A stretch of 64,000 nt of DNA from an uncultured Planctomycetia bacterium (GTDB lineage: Bacteria > Omnitrophota > Gorgyraeia > Tantalellales > Tantalellaceae), in assembly GCA_964409365.1 (NCBI GenBank), contig CAYPCX010000008.1, positions 265-64,264 of the forward strand. The letters are read 5' to 3'. The notes beneath the pieces are model-generated. The model was given only the letters and a program-made list of their open reading frames with translations, did no database searches and was not told the DNA's origin. This document shows, one piece after another, positions 18,814-27,000 of this stretch; position 1 is the stretch's first letter, and each line of letters opens with the position of its first letter. A program made the translations under genes and the position numbers.

Positions 18814-21513
18814 TCATCCCTTTCTTGCGATCACGTCTTTCGCCTGTTGAATGGCCTTCTCAAGGCCCCGGGGGTTCTTTCCTCCGGCCTGGGCGAACGT
18901 CTCTTTTCCGCCCCCGCCGCCTCCGATGTTGCCGGCGATGCCGTTCAGTATCTCCCGGGCGTCCAGCCCCTTATCCACCAGATCCGCCGTAACGGCACAA
19001 ATGAGGAACGCTTTGTCCCCGCTCGTCCCGCCGAGCAGTATGACGCCGGAATCCACCTTTTTCTCGAGATAGGCCGCGGCCCTGCGCAAGAGCTGCATAT
19101 CCATACCTTCCAGTACGCGGGCGACGAGTTTGACTCCCCCCGCCGTCTCCGGCTCGGCAAGGACCTTATCGAGTCCTGCCTTGACCTCGTCAAAAGCGCC
19201 GGCCGCCCGTTCTTTCTGTTCTTTTTTAGCGGCCTTCTGCAGCCTTTCGCATTCGTTCCGAAGCGCAGGTTTTATTTTCTCGTCAAAATCGCGTATCGCG
19301 CCGCTGTCCATTTTTCTGTCGCCGGACAGGATGTCACCGATAAGTTTTTGGACATCCTCGCTTATGCCGGGGCCGGCATCCCCGGCCAGGTGCCTGCACT
19401 CAGCTATTTTTTCATCAAGCGTTTTCCGCAACCACCCGACGGCGTTATCCCCGGTAAGGGCCTCTATGCGCCTTATGCCGCTGGCAACGGAACTTTCGGC
19501 CACTATCTTCATGATCTTTATCTCGCCGGTATTATCCACGTGCGTGCCGCCGCAAAGTTCTTTCGATTCATCTCCTACGCTTACTACACGCACCGTGTCG
19601 CCGTATTTCTCGCCGAAGAATGAAAGCGCCCCCTCTTCCCTGGCCTCTTCTATTCTTTTTACTTCCTTGCAAACAGGGATACTTTCTTCTATCCAGCCGT
19701 TCACCAGGTCCTCGACCTTCCTCAGTTCCCTGTCGGACAGCTTCTTCATGTGAGTAAAGTCGAAGCGGAGATGTTTTTCATCGACCAAAGACCCCGATTG
19801 CTTCACGTGGTCGCCCAGAACCCGCCTTAGGGCCGCCTGGAGAAGATGCGTAGCCGTGTGGTTCAATGCTGTCTTTTGCTTTTTATCCGCATCCAGACTG
19901 AGCACTACTTCGTCGCCCCTGGCGAGAGTGCCTTTCTTTATAAAGGCCACCAACACTTTGCGCCCGCCCGCATCAAAGGTGTTCAAGACCCTCGCTTCAA
20001 CGCCCTCTTTTTCTATATGGCCGGTATCGCCTACCTGCCCGCCGGCCTCGGCGTAGAACCTCGTGCTCTGGGGAGAGGTCACGATCTCGGCCCTTTGCCC
20101 TTTTTCCGCCTTCTCGGCGGGGTCGTCCCCTATAAGTATGAATTCCACTTTCGTTTTGAGCGGAAGTTCGTCCGATCCGGGAGGCACGGGCACGCCGGAA
20201 AACTTATCGGGCTTGAATATGAAATCCTCGACCAGATCGCTTCCCCTGCGGGACTGCTCTTTCCTTTCTTCCATAAAGCGTTCAAACCCCTCCAGGTCCA
20301 GGGGCACATCCGCTTCTTCCTCTATTACATCAACAGGCAGACCGTACGTATCCACCAGCTTGAAGATCTCCTCCCCCTTGAGCACCTTCGGCCTCTTCGT
20401 GAGCATCTCGTTCAGTATAGGCAGCGCCGCCTCGAGCGTGTCATTGAACCTTCTTTCCTCTTCCTCGACGATAGCGCTGATATGTTCTCTTTTCTCTTCC
20501 AGTTCGGGATACGCGTCCTTCATCGCCCTTACCACGGCCGGGACGATGTTGTACAGGAACGCCCCCTTTCTTCCGCTTTTCAGGTAGGCGCGCCGTATCA
20601 GTTTTCTCACCACGTAGCCGCGCTTCTCGTTGGACGGGGAAACACCGTCCGCGACAGCGAACGTTACCGCCCTTATGTGGTCGGCTATGAGGTGCAGATC
20701 TTCCCGGGACGCCTCCTTCTTGCCAATGTGCTTTTTTATCTCGCCGATCATCGGGGCAAAAAGATCCGTATCAAAGTTGGTACGCACTCCCTGCATTACC
20801 GACGCCATGCGCTCAAGGCCCATTCCGGTATCGATATTCTTGCTCGGGAGCGGGTCGAGCGAGCCGTCGGGCTTTCTCTCGAACTGCGTGAACACGAGGT
20901 TCCACACCTCGACGAACCTGCCGCAATCGCACGCGGGTCCGCATTCCTTCTTACCGCACCCGGCATCTTCTCCCCAGTCATAGAATATCTCCGAGCACGG
21001 GCCGCAGGGGCCGTTCGGGCCCTGTGTCGGCGCGTCCGCCGGCCAGAAATTATCGTGTTCCCCGAGCTTGACTATTTTTTCCGCGGGCACGCCTACATCG
21101 TTAAGCCATATCCCGTAAGCTTCGTCATCGCCTTCATAAACAGACACCCACAGGCGCTTTTCCGGGAGGCCCATCACCTTTGTCATGAACTCCCAGCCCC
21201 AGCTTATAGCTTCCTTCTTAAAATAGTCCCCGAAGGAAAAGTTGCCCAGCATCTCGAAAAAGGTATGGTGCCTGGGCGTCTTTCCCACGTTCTCCAGGTC
21301 ACCGGTGCGCAGGCATTTCTGGCAGGAAGCGGCCCTCGTGAAAGTTATGTTCCTGCCCATGAACTGTTCCTTGAACTGGTTCATGCCCGCCCCGGTGAAA
21401 AGAAGCGTGGGGTCGTCCCTCGGGACAAGAAGATCGCTGGGCACTACCGTATGGCCCTTGTCCCTGAAGAATTCAAGGTATTTCCGCCTTATCTCTCCCG
21501 CTGTCATCCCCAT
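18814..21513 (-). CDS. alaS: Alanine--tRNA ligase
   Basis: DPTLLFTGAGM, HHTFFEMLGNFSFGDYFK, IDTGMGLER, FYAEAGGQVGD, editing motifs HTATH and ELCGGTH, GGGGG..AQAG. Confidence 0.99.
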   Translation of the reverse strand: MGMTAGEIRRKYLEFFRDKGHTVVPSDLLVPRDDPTLLFTGAGMNQFKEQFMGRNITFTRAASCQKCLRTGDLENVGKTPRHHTFFEMLGNFSFGDYFKKEAISWGWEFMTKVMGLPEKRLWVSVYEGDDEAYGIWLNDVGVPAEKIVKLGEHDNFWPADAPTQGPNGPCGPCSEIFYDWGEDAGCGKKECGPACDCGRFVEVWNLVFTQFERKPDGSLDPLPSKNIDTGMGLERMASVMQGVRTNFDTDLFAPMIGEIKKHIGKKEASREDLHLIADHIRAVTFAVADGVSPSNEKRGYVVRKLIRRAYLKSGRKGAFLYNIVPAVVRAMKDAYPELEEKREHISAIVEEEERRFNDTLEAALPILNEMLTKRPKVLKGEEIFKLVDTYGLPVDVIEEEADVPLDLEGFERFMEERKEQSRRGSDLVEDFIFKPDKFSGVPVPPGSDELPLKTKVEFILIGDDPAEKAEKGQRAEIVTSPQSTRFYAEAGGQVGDTGHIEKEGVEARVLNTFDAGGRKVLVAFIKKGTLARGDEVVLSLDADKKQKTALNHTATHLLQAALRRVLGDHVKQSGSLVDEKHLRFDFTHMKKLSDRELRKVEDLVNGWIEESIPVCKEVKRIEEAREEGALSFFGEKYGDTVRVVSVGDESKELCGGTHVDNTGEIKIMKIVAESSVASGIRRIEALTGDNAVGWLRKTLDEKIAECRHLAGDAGPGISEDVQKLIGDILSGDRKMDSGAIRDFDEKIKPALRNECERLQKAAKKEQKERAAGAFDEVKAGLDKVLAEPETAGGVKLVARVLEGMDMQLLRRAAAYLEKKVDSGVILLGGTSGDKAFLICAVTADLVDKGLDAREILNGIAGNIGGGGGGKETFAQAGGKNPRGLEKAIQQAKDVIARKG

Positions 21514-21540
21514 ATCATCGATCGCTGCTCGCTTGGGGCG

Positions 21541-22581
21541 TCAGCCCGCGGCAGTGAGGACCTTTCTGACGTCTTTTTCTATCCTGTCCAGGAGTTTCGG
21601 GTTCTCTTTAAGGTATATCCGGGCGTTCTCCTTCCCCTGGCCTATCTTCTCATCGCCGTACGAAAGCCACGTTCCCGTCTTCGTGATCACGCCCACTTCT
21701 TCCCCGATATCTATGACGCTCGATGAACGGGATATGCCTTCGTCGAACATGATATCGAACTCCGCCTGCTTGAACGGCGGGGCGAGCTTGTTCTTCACGA
21801 CCTTGCCCCTGACGCGGCTTCCCATTACCTGGTCGCCTTTCTTGAGAGAAGCTATCCTCCTCAGGTCTATCCTGACCGACGCGTAGAACTTAAGCGCCCT
21901 GCCGCCGGTGGTCGTCTCGGGGTTCCCGAACATCACGCCTATCTTCATCCTGATCTGGTTGATAAAGATGACGCAAGTTCTTGACTTGCTTATGGCCCCG
22001 GTCAGTTTCCTGAGAGCCTGGCTCATGAGCCGGGCCTGGAGGCCGACGTGCGAATCGCCCATATCTCCCTCTATCTCTTTCCTCGGCGTAAGGGCGGCCA
22101 CCGAGTCGATGACTATCACGTCCACGGCGTTACTGCGTACCAGCGTCTCCGCGATCTCCAGCGCCTGTTCGCCGTTGTCCGGCTGCGAGACCAGGAGCTC
22201 ATCGAGATTTACGCCTATCTTTTTCGCGTAGGTCGGGTCGAACGCGTGCTCGGCGTCGATAAAAGCCGCTACCCCTCCCTTTTTCTGCGCGTTGGCCAGG
22301 ACGTTCAGCGTGAGCGTGGTCTTCCCGCTGGATTCAGGGCCGAATATCTCGACCACCCTGCCCCTGGGGACGCCGCCGACGCCGAGCGCCATGTCCAGGG
22401 CGATAGACCCGGTGGATATGCCTTCCACCTGGGCGTGGTACCCCTTTCCCATCTTCATTATCGCGCCGTCGCCGAAGTCTTTCTGTATCTTGCTGAGCGC
22501 CAGTTCGAGCGATTTGTCTTTCCCGGCGCCTTTTGACACCGCCTTTTCGTTCTCAGATCTTGTTTTCGCTTTCTTTGCCAT
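21541..22581 (-). CDS. recA: Recombinase A
   Basis: [55 protein letters not shown]; ATG 22581 with RBS GGAGGT; no intein. Confidence 0.99.
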   Translation of the reverse strand: MAKKAKTRSENEKAVSKGAGKDKSLELALSKIQKDFGDGAIMKMGKGYHAQVEGISTGSIALDMALGVGGVPRGRVVEIFGPESSGKTTLTLNVLANAQKKGGVAAFIDAEHAFDPTYAKKIGVNLDELLVSQPDNGEQALEIAETLVRSNAVDVIVIDSVAALTPRKEIEGDMGDSHVGLQARLMSQALRKLTGAISKSRTCVIFINQIRMKIGVMFGNPETTTGGRALKFYASVRIDLRRIASLKKGDQVMGSRVRGKVVKNKLAPPFKQAEFDIMFDEGISRSSSVIDIGEEVGVITKTGTWLSYGDEKIGQGKENARIYLKENPKLLDRIEKDVRKVLTAAG

Positions 22582-22648
22582 GGTGACCTCCGGATATTTA
22601 TTTAGGATGGATACAATTAGCACCTAAAACATTTCTATATAAACAGCA

Positions 22649-22678
22649 CTATTATAATAGCAGTTCGGTTTTTGTAAA
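22649..22678 (-). promoter_or_regulatory. Putative sigma70 promoter of recA with an overlapping palindrome
   Basis: Minus strand TTTACA-16 nt-TATAAT; perfect palindrome CTATTATAATAG (22649-22660) covers the -10. Confidence 0.6.
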
Positions 22679-22690
22679 GGCATTTCTTAC

Positions 22691-22832
22691 GAGTATAGAA
22701 AATCAAGTGTCAAGCAACAAGTATCAGGTAACCGGTTTCCAGACAACTCTGGTCACTGGTTACTGGTTCCTCAATACTCCACCCTCGATACTCCTCCCTT
22801 GATACTCTACACTCAATACTCGATACTCTACT
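22691..22832. repeat. Long inverted heptamer array (about 7 AG-type units facing 12 CT-type units)
   Basis: Left arm: gagtata gaaaatc aagtgtc aagcaac aagtatc aggtaac cggtttc. Right arm: ctggtca ctggtta ctggttc ctcaata ctccacc ctcgata ctcctcc cttgata ctctaca ctcaata ctcgata ctctact. Confidence 0.82.
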
Positions 22833-22882
22833 ATTAGACACATTTTGGGGAAGGATTCTTTCAGGTTTTTTTCCGGGACGGC

Positions 22883-23455
22883 CTATCCGGAAAGCTCTGC
22901 CGTGGATAGATACGTGTAGACAGCGCCTTTCGGTGAAAGGTCGGACCTGAAAAGCACTATCCTGGATATATGGCTGACCGCGGGCCTGACGTCCACGGAC
23001 CCGGCCAGTTCCCGGAGCTTGCCCTTGTTCTTTGAAGTCCTTATCCTGCCCAGCGTGAGATGGGCGCTGAAGGGGCGGTCTTCTTTTTCGAACCCTTCTT
23101 CGGCCATAGCTTCTTCCACCTGCGCAGCAAGGTCCCCGACCGTATCGGCGCCTTTACCCGCACCTACCCATAAGACCTTGGCATAGCTCCACTTGGGGAA
23201 TACCCCGATACCGTCGAGCGCCATGTCGAAAGGCGGCACCGCGAACGCTATTTCCTTCAACCTTTCGGTTATGCGGGGGATCTGCTCTTCGGTAATATTA
23301 CCGAGGAACTTGAGGGTAAGATGTATCGACCCGGGCTTGACCCATTTGACGTCGGCGCCCGCTTCTTTCAGTATCGCTTCTATACGCTCAAGCTCTTCCA
23401 GGACTTCATCCGAAAGCTCAAGCGCTATAAAACTCCGTATCTTCTGGTCAGACAT
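22883..23455 (-). CDS. thpR: RNA 2',3'-cyclic phosphodiesterase (2H phosphoesterase, LigT/ThpR)
   Basis: RSFIAL, two HxT motifs (HLTLKFLG; HLTLGR), SDL...GAVY; cinA-thpR-recA synteny. Confidence 0.94.
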   Translation of the reverse strand: MSDQKIRSFIALELSDEVLEELERIEAILKEAGADVKWVKPGSIHLTLKFLGNITEEQIPRITERLKEIAFAVPPFDMALDGIGVFPKWSYAKVLWVGAGKGADTVGDLAAQVEEAMAEEGFEKEDRPFSAHLTLGRIRTSKNKGKLRELAGSVDVRPAVSHISRIVLFRSDLSPKGAVYTYLSTAELSG

Positions 23456-23476
23456 TTTCCGCCTTTTCAACCCCCA

Positions 23477-23524
23477 ACCTTATTTACACACCCGATGTAT
23501 ACACATCGGGTGTGTAAATAAGGT
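23477..23524. repeat. Perfect 22-bp inverted repeat with a 4-nt loop (REP-doublet-like)
   Basis: ACCTTATTTACACACCCGATGT-ATAC-ACATCGGGTGTGTAAATAAGGT fills the cinA/thpR gap; no U-tract follows. Confidence 0.9.
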
Positions 23525-23527
23525 CCG

Positions 23528-23989
23528 CTATGCGTTGTCTTCCATAAGTTTCAGAACCGCTTCCGCGAACTTTTCTTTCAGAGTACGGCGGTCGCCTTTG
23601 AACAGGACCTTCCTGGTCCTGCACTTTTTCTTTGAACAAAACGCTATATACGCCAGGCCGACGGGTTTATTTTTGGTCCCCCCTGTCGGGCCGGCTATGC
23701 CCGTTATCGAGGCCGCGAGATCGGCGGAGAAGACCCACTTCGCACCTTCCGCCATCGCTTTGGCTACCTCCCGGCTGACCGCGCCGTATTTCTTAATAGT
23801 ACCGGGCGGAACGCCCAGCTCGGATATCTTCGCCTCGTTGGAGTAGGCTATTATCCCGCCGGCGAAATAACCGGAACTGCCCGGGACATCGGTGACACGG
23901 TCTGAAACAAGGCCTCCCGTGCAGGATTCCGCCAAAGCCAGGGTCTTCTTCTTGCGTCTCAGGATAGTCCCTATTCTTTCCTCGATCAT
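23528..23989 (-). CDS. cinA: CinA C-terminal domain / nicotinamide-mononucleotide deamidase (PncC)
   Basis: LALAESCTGG, GSS.YF.GG..AYSN, YGAVS, SITGIAGP.GG...KPVG; start ATG 23989. Confidence 0.92.
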   Translation of the reverse strand: MIEERIGTILRRKKKTLALAESCTGGLVSDRVTDVPGSSGYFAGGIIAYSNEAKISELGVPPGTIKKYGAVSREVAKAMAEGAKWVFSADLAASITGIAGPTGGTKNKPVGLAYIAFCSKKKCRTRKVLFKGDRRTLKEKFAEAVLKLMEDNA

Positions 23990-23996
23990 GAAAGGT

Positions 23997-24025
23997 ATTA
24001 TAGCGTAAAAAATAGAGGTTTTGAA
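23997..24025 (-). promoter_or_regulatory. Putative sigma70 promoter giving a leaderless cinA transcript
   Basis: TTCAAA-17 nt-TATAAT with 7 nt between the -10 and the ATG; no Shine-Dalgarno. Confidence 0.6.
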
Positions 24026-24038
24026 GTATCTTGTAAGA

Positions 24039-27000
24039 TTACGCGCAGGCATGTATGCGTCTTTCAACATCCGCGTACACGCTGAAAGGTTCATCGACCG
24101 GAAGCACCCTGGCCCCGGGGAGAAGCTCGATAACGATAGTGGTCCTGCACTTCCCTTTGTCGTCCCAGCAAAGCTCCGCTACGTCCCTGTATTTATCAAC
24201 GTTGTCTATCAACGCGTAACGGTTCCTGAGTTTCATCCGCATTCTTTCCTTGCCGTATTCTCCCGTCCTGGCAAGCGCCTGAGTGGTGGCAAACCGGATG
24301 ATCTTGAGCAGCGGATAATAATACTTCTCTGCCGTGAACCCGTCTTTTTCCTTTATCACCGCGATGGTCGAGGCGCCTTCGAACCCGCTGAAAAATTCAC
24401 GTTTATTGTCCTCGTTCGTGATCAATATGATGTTTTCCATGTCCACGCTGCCGTCCCCGTTCTTTATGTTGCCCTCAAGGTTGCCGCAAATATCCCCGGC
24501 ATCCCCGTAACAGATCTCCACGCCTTTCACTTCCTCCGCGCGTCTCTTGAGGGCGCGCATTATCTTTTCCATCTTTCTCCTGGCCTTCCCGGTAAAGAGG
24601 CCCATATCGACGGCAAGGACGACTTTCTTTAGCTTTTCTTCGCTTTCCGTTTGCTCTGCTCCTCTTGCGCCTTCATTCGCGCGGTAACCAAGGATCCTCA
24701 AGTAGTTGAAAAGTTCGGGGACGGTCCACTCCACGCTGCCCGTGACCCTTTCCTCCGGCAACCGTTCCAGCCTTGTCTCGACCGCCGGCAGAACGGCGGT
24801 ATCGGCAGCTGCCGCCTTATCCGGAGCCGAAGGACCGGCAGGACAGGCCTTGATCCCTTTCTTGTAATGATAAAATATCTCGACCTTTTCCCTGAGTATG
24901 CCCTTGATATCTTCTTCCGTCCACCCGTTCCTTTCCGCGTCTGCCGCCATGCCGCATAATGAAATGTAATAATATACGGAATGAGATGTGCTTTCCGTCA
25001 TTATCCTGTTATTGTCCACGTACATCTTCAGCCTTCGATTGTCCCCATGACACAAAACATCCCTTGTAAGGACATAATCCCTATAGACGCATTCCACTTC
25101 ATCATCCAGCTCTTCAGGTTCCTCTTTGAACTCGTCTGAATGGCTGATCTCGTGATTCAATCTTTCGCACAACGGCCATAAGAAGGAATACTTTGGAAAT
25201 ACCATTGCCCTGTCCAGTCCGTCAAGGAGCCTTCTCGGCTCCATCAGTGTATTGAAGTACAAAGGAACGCCTTTTTTTAACGCAATATTACTGAACGATG
25301 CCCTTTCCATGGACAAGTCTTCTTCGCTACAAAGATTATCATAAGAGAGCACCGTTGCCGATATAAAGCCTGCATTAAAAACAAGTATATTCGGATCGTT
25401 TTCCTCCTTGCCTTCGTATAAACAGGCATCCTGCGGAAGGTTCTCAGCGACCCTTATCACCAGGCCGTTATGCCTCTCCAGGCCATGATCCAATGCCAAT
25501 GCTAATCCAGGCGAGTACCCTTGGGTGAACAGTGCCAGCAGATCCAGGGATTCAGCTATACCAAATCTCAGAAGCCCTGCCATTTCTCCGGCACCGCCCC
25601 TAATCTTCAGGAACGCGGAATAACCCTCAACATAAAACCTCTCTTTCTCGGCATCGTTATAATCGAGATACACACCGTCAAACATGGGCAGCATCTTGAG
25701 GTCTTTATAAGGTTTAGTCCTTTCCGATCGCATGAAGTTGAACCCTTTGGCTCCGGGGATCTCCCCTGCCTCAGGTGTATCCTCCGGGGCCTTTTCCGCC
25801 CCAGCTTCGGGCTGGTCGGAGACCACCGCGAGAACTTTATCAACGACCTCACATGCTTCCTGCCACGAGGCTTCCTTGAACTGACAAAAAATCGCTTTAG
25901 ACTTATCAATAGCCTCCACCTTTTCGGGCTTTTCTATCTTAAGCTGCTCAATGCTGCTGGTCATGTTGATATAGAATTGCCTATTGTCTTCCTCTTCTCC
26001 ATATTGCGGCCAGGCTATCCATGTCCACCACTCCCGCCAAAATCCTGTCCCTTCTTCGATCACAGGTATATAAGCATGATGCTCCTTAAAAGATGTGGTT
26101 AAGAATTCGCGAAAACTGAACTTTTCCACACTTGTTTCTTGCAATTTCTGTCCGGGAGCTTTAACTTGAACGATTGCTTCATACTTTTTCTCGGGATCTT
26201 CGACAAGTGTTCTGTAAATCTCCTTAAATGGTTTCACTTCATCCTGGAGCTTTTCCTCCCCGTTTTCTACTTTTACATAAGAATTTATTTTTTTGTGAAA
26301 ACACTCATGGGCGATATACCTTTTCAAAAACTCTGTATCCCCTTTTTTAAGACCGCTATAGAACAATAAGACATTCCCGACCGTATGGTATACACGGTTC
26401 ATCTCTGCTATCGCCTCCGCTTCCGGCATCTCATCAAGCTGACTGTATAAAGACGGATCTTGTGCCCTCAGATTCGCAAGTAACCTTTTATACGAATCAG
26501 ACCCGAGTTCTATATCATGCTCATTGACGGTGCCGGCCATAGCTTTAAGAGGATGCCCTGCTGCTCTCATTATGCTGTCAGGAACAATATACATCCCATC
26601 CGCAACCTCTATCCCAAAAGGACCTGACGGGCAAGTCGGAACTTTTGTCATGCCGCTTTCTGTGTCCGGGGTAACCTTCTTTTTTGCCGGTTTTTCATAC
26701 GCCGCCATGAAAGAAGTTTCTATCCCGGAGACCGTTTGCGGGAGTTCCACCCTTTCCAGGCCTTCAAATTCTTCAGTGCCGTCGCTTCCGATCAGCACGA
26801 ACTTGCTGCCTTCTTTGAGCTCTGAAAGCTTGGCCTTCAGCTTTTCTCTGGCCTCTCCGCTGCCATCCCCTGCCTTGAACGAACGCCAGTCCACGCATAT
26901 CAGGTCGTAATAACCGAATTCTTCGTCCAGGAACTCACCTTCCGCAAAGGCCACATTCCCGAGACCGATCGTCTTGCCGAGACCGGCAATACACCTTTTC

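Noticed and set aside
21514-21540. Possible weak heptamer periodicity at the recA/alaS junction (also 2271-2301 and 15834-15864)
   Set aside because: Only 2-3 poorly matching units; not distinguishable from chance.
19846-21726. 626-aa plus-strand ORF, and other long plus-strand ORFs such as 1221-2261, 9898-11124 and 17775-18992
   Set aside because: Antisense shadows of well-conserved minus-strand genes (alaS, lepA, trp, hisD) with no recognisable motifs; expected with GC-rich codon bias.
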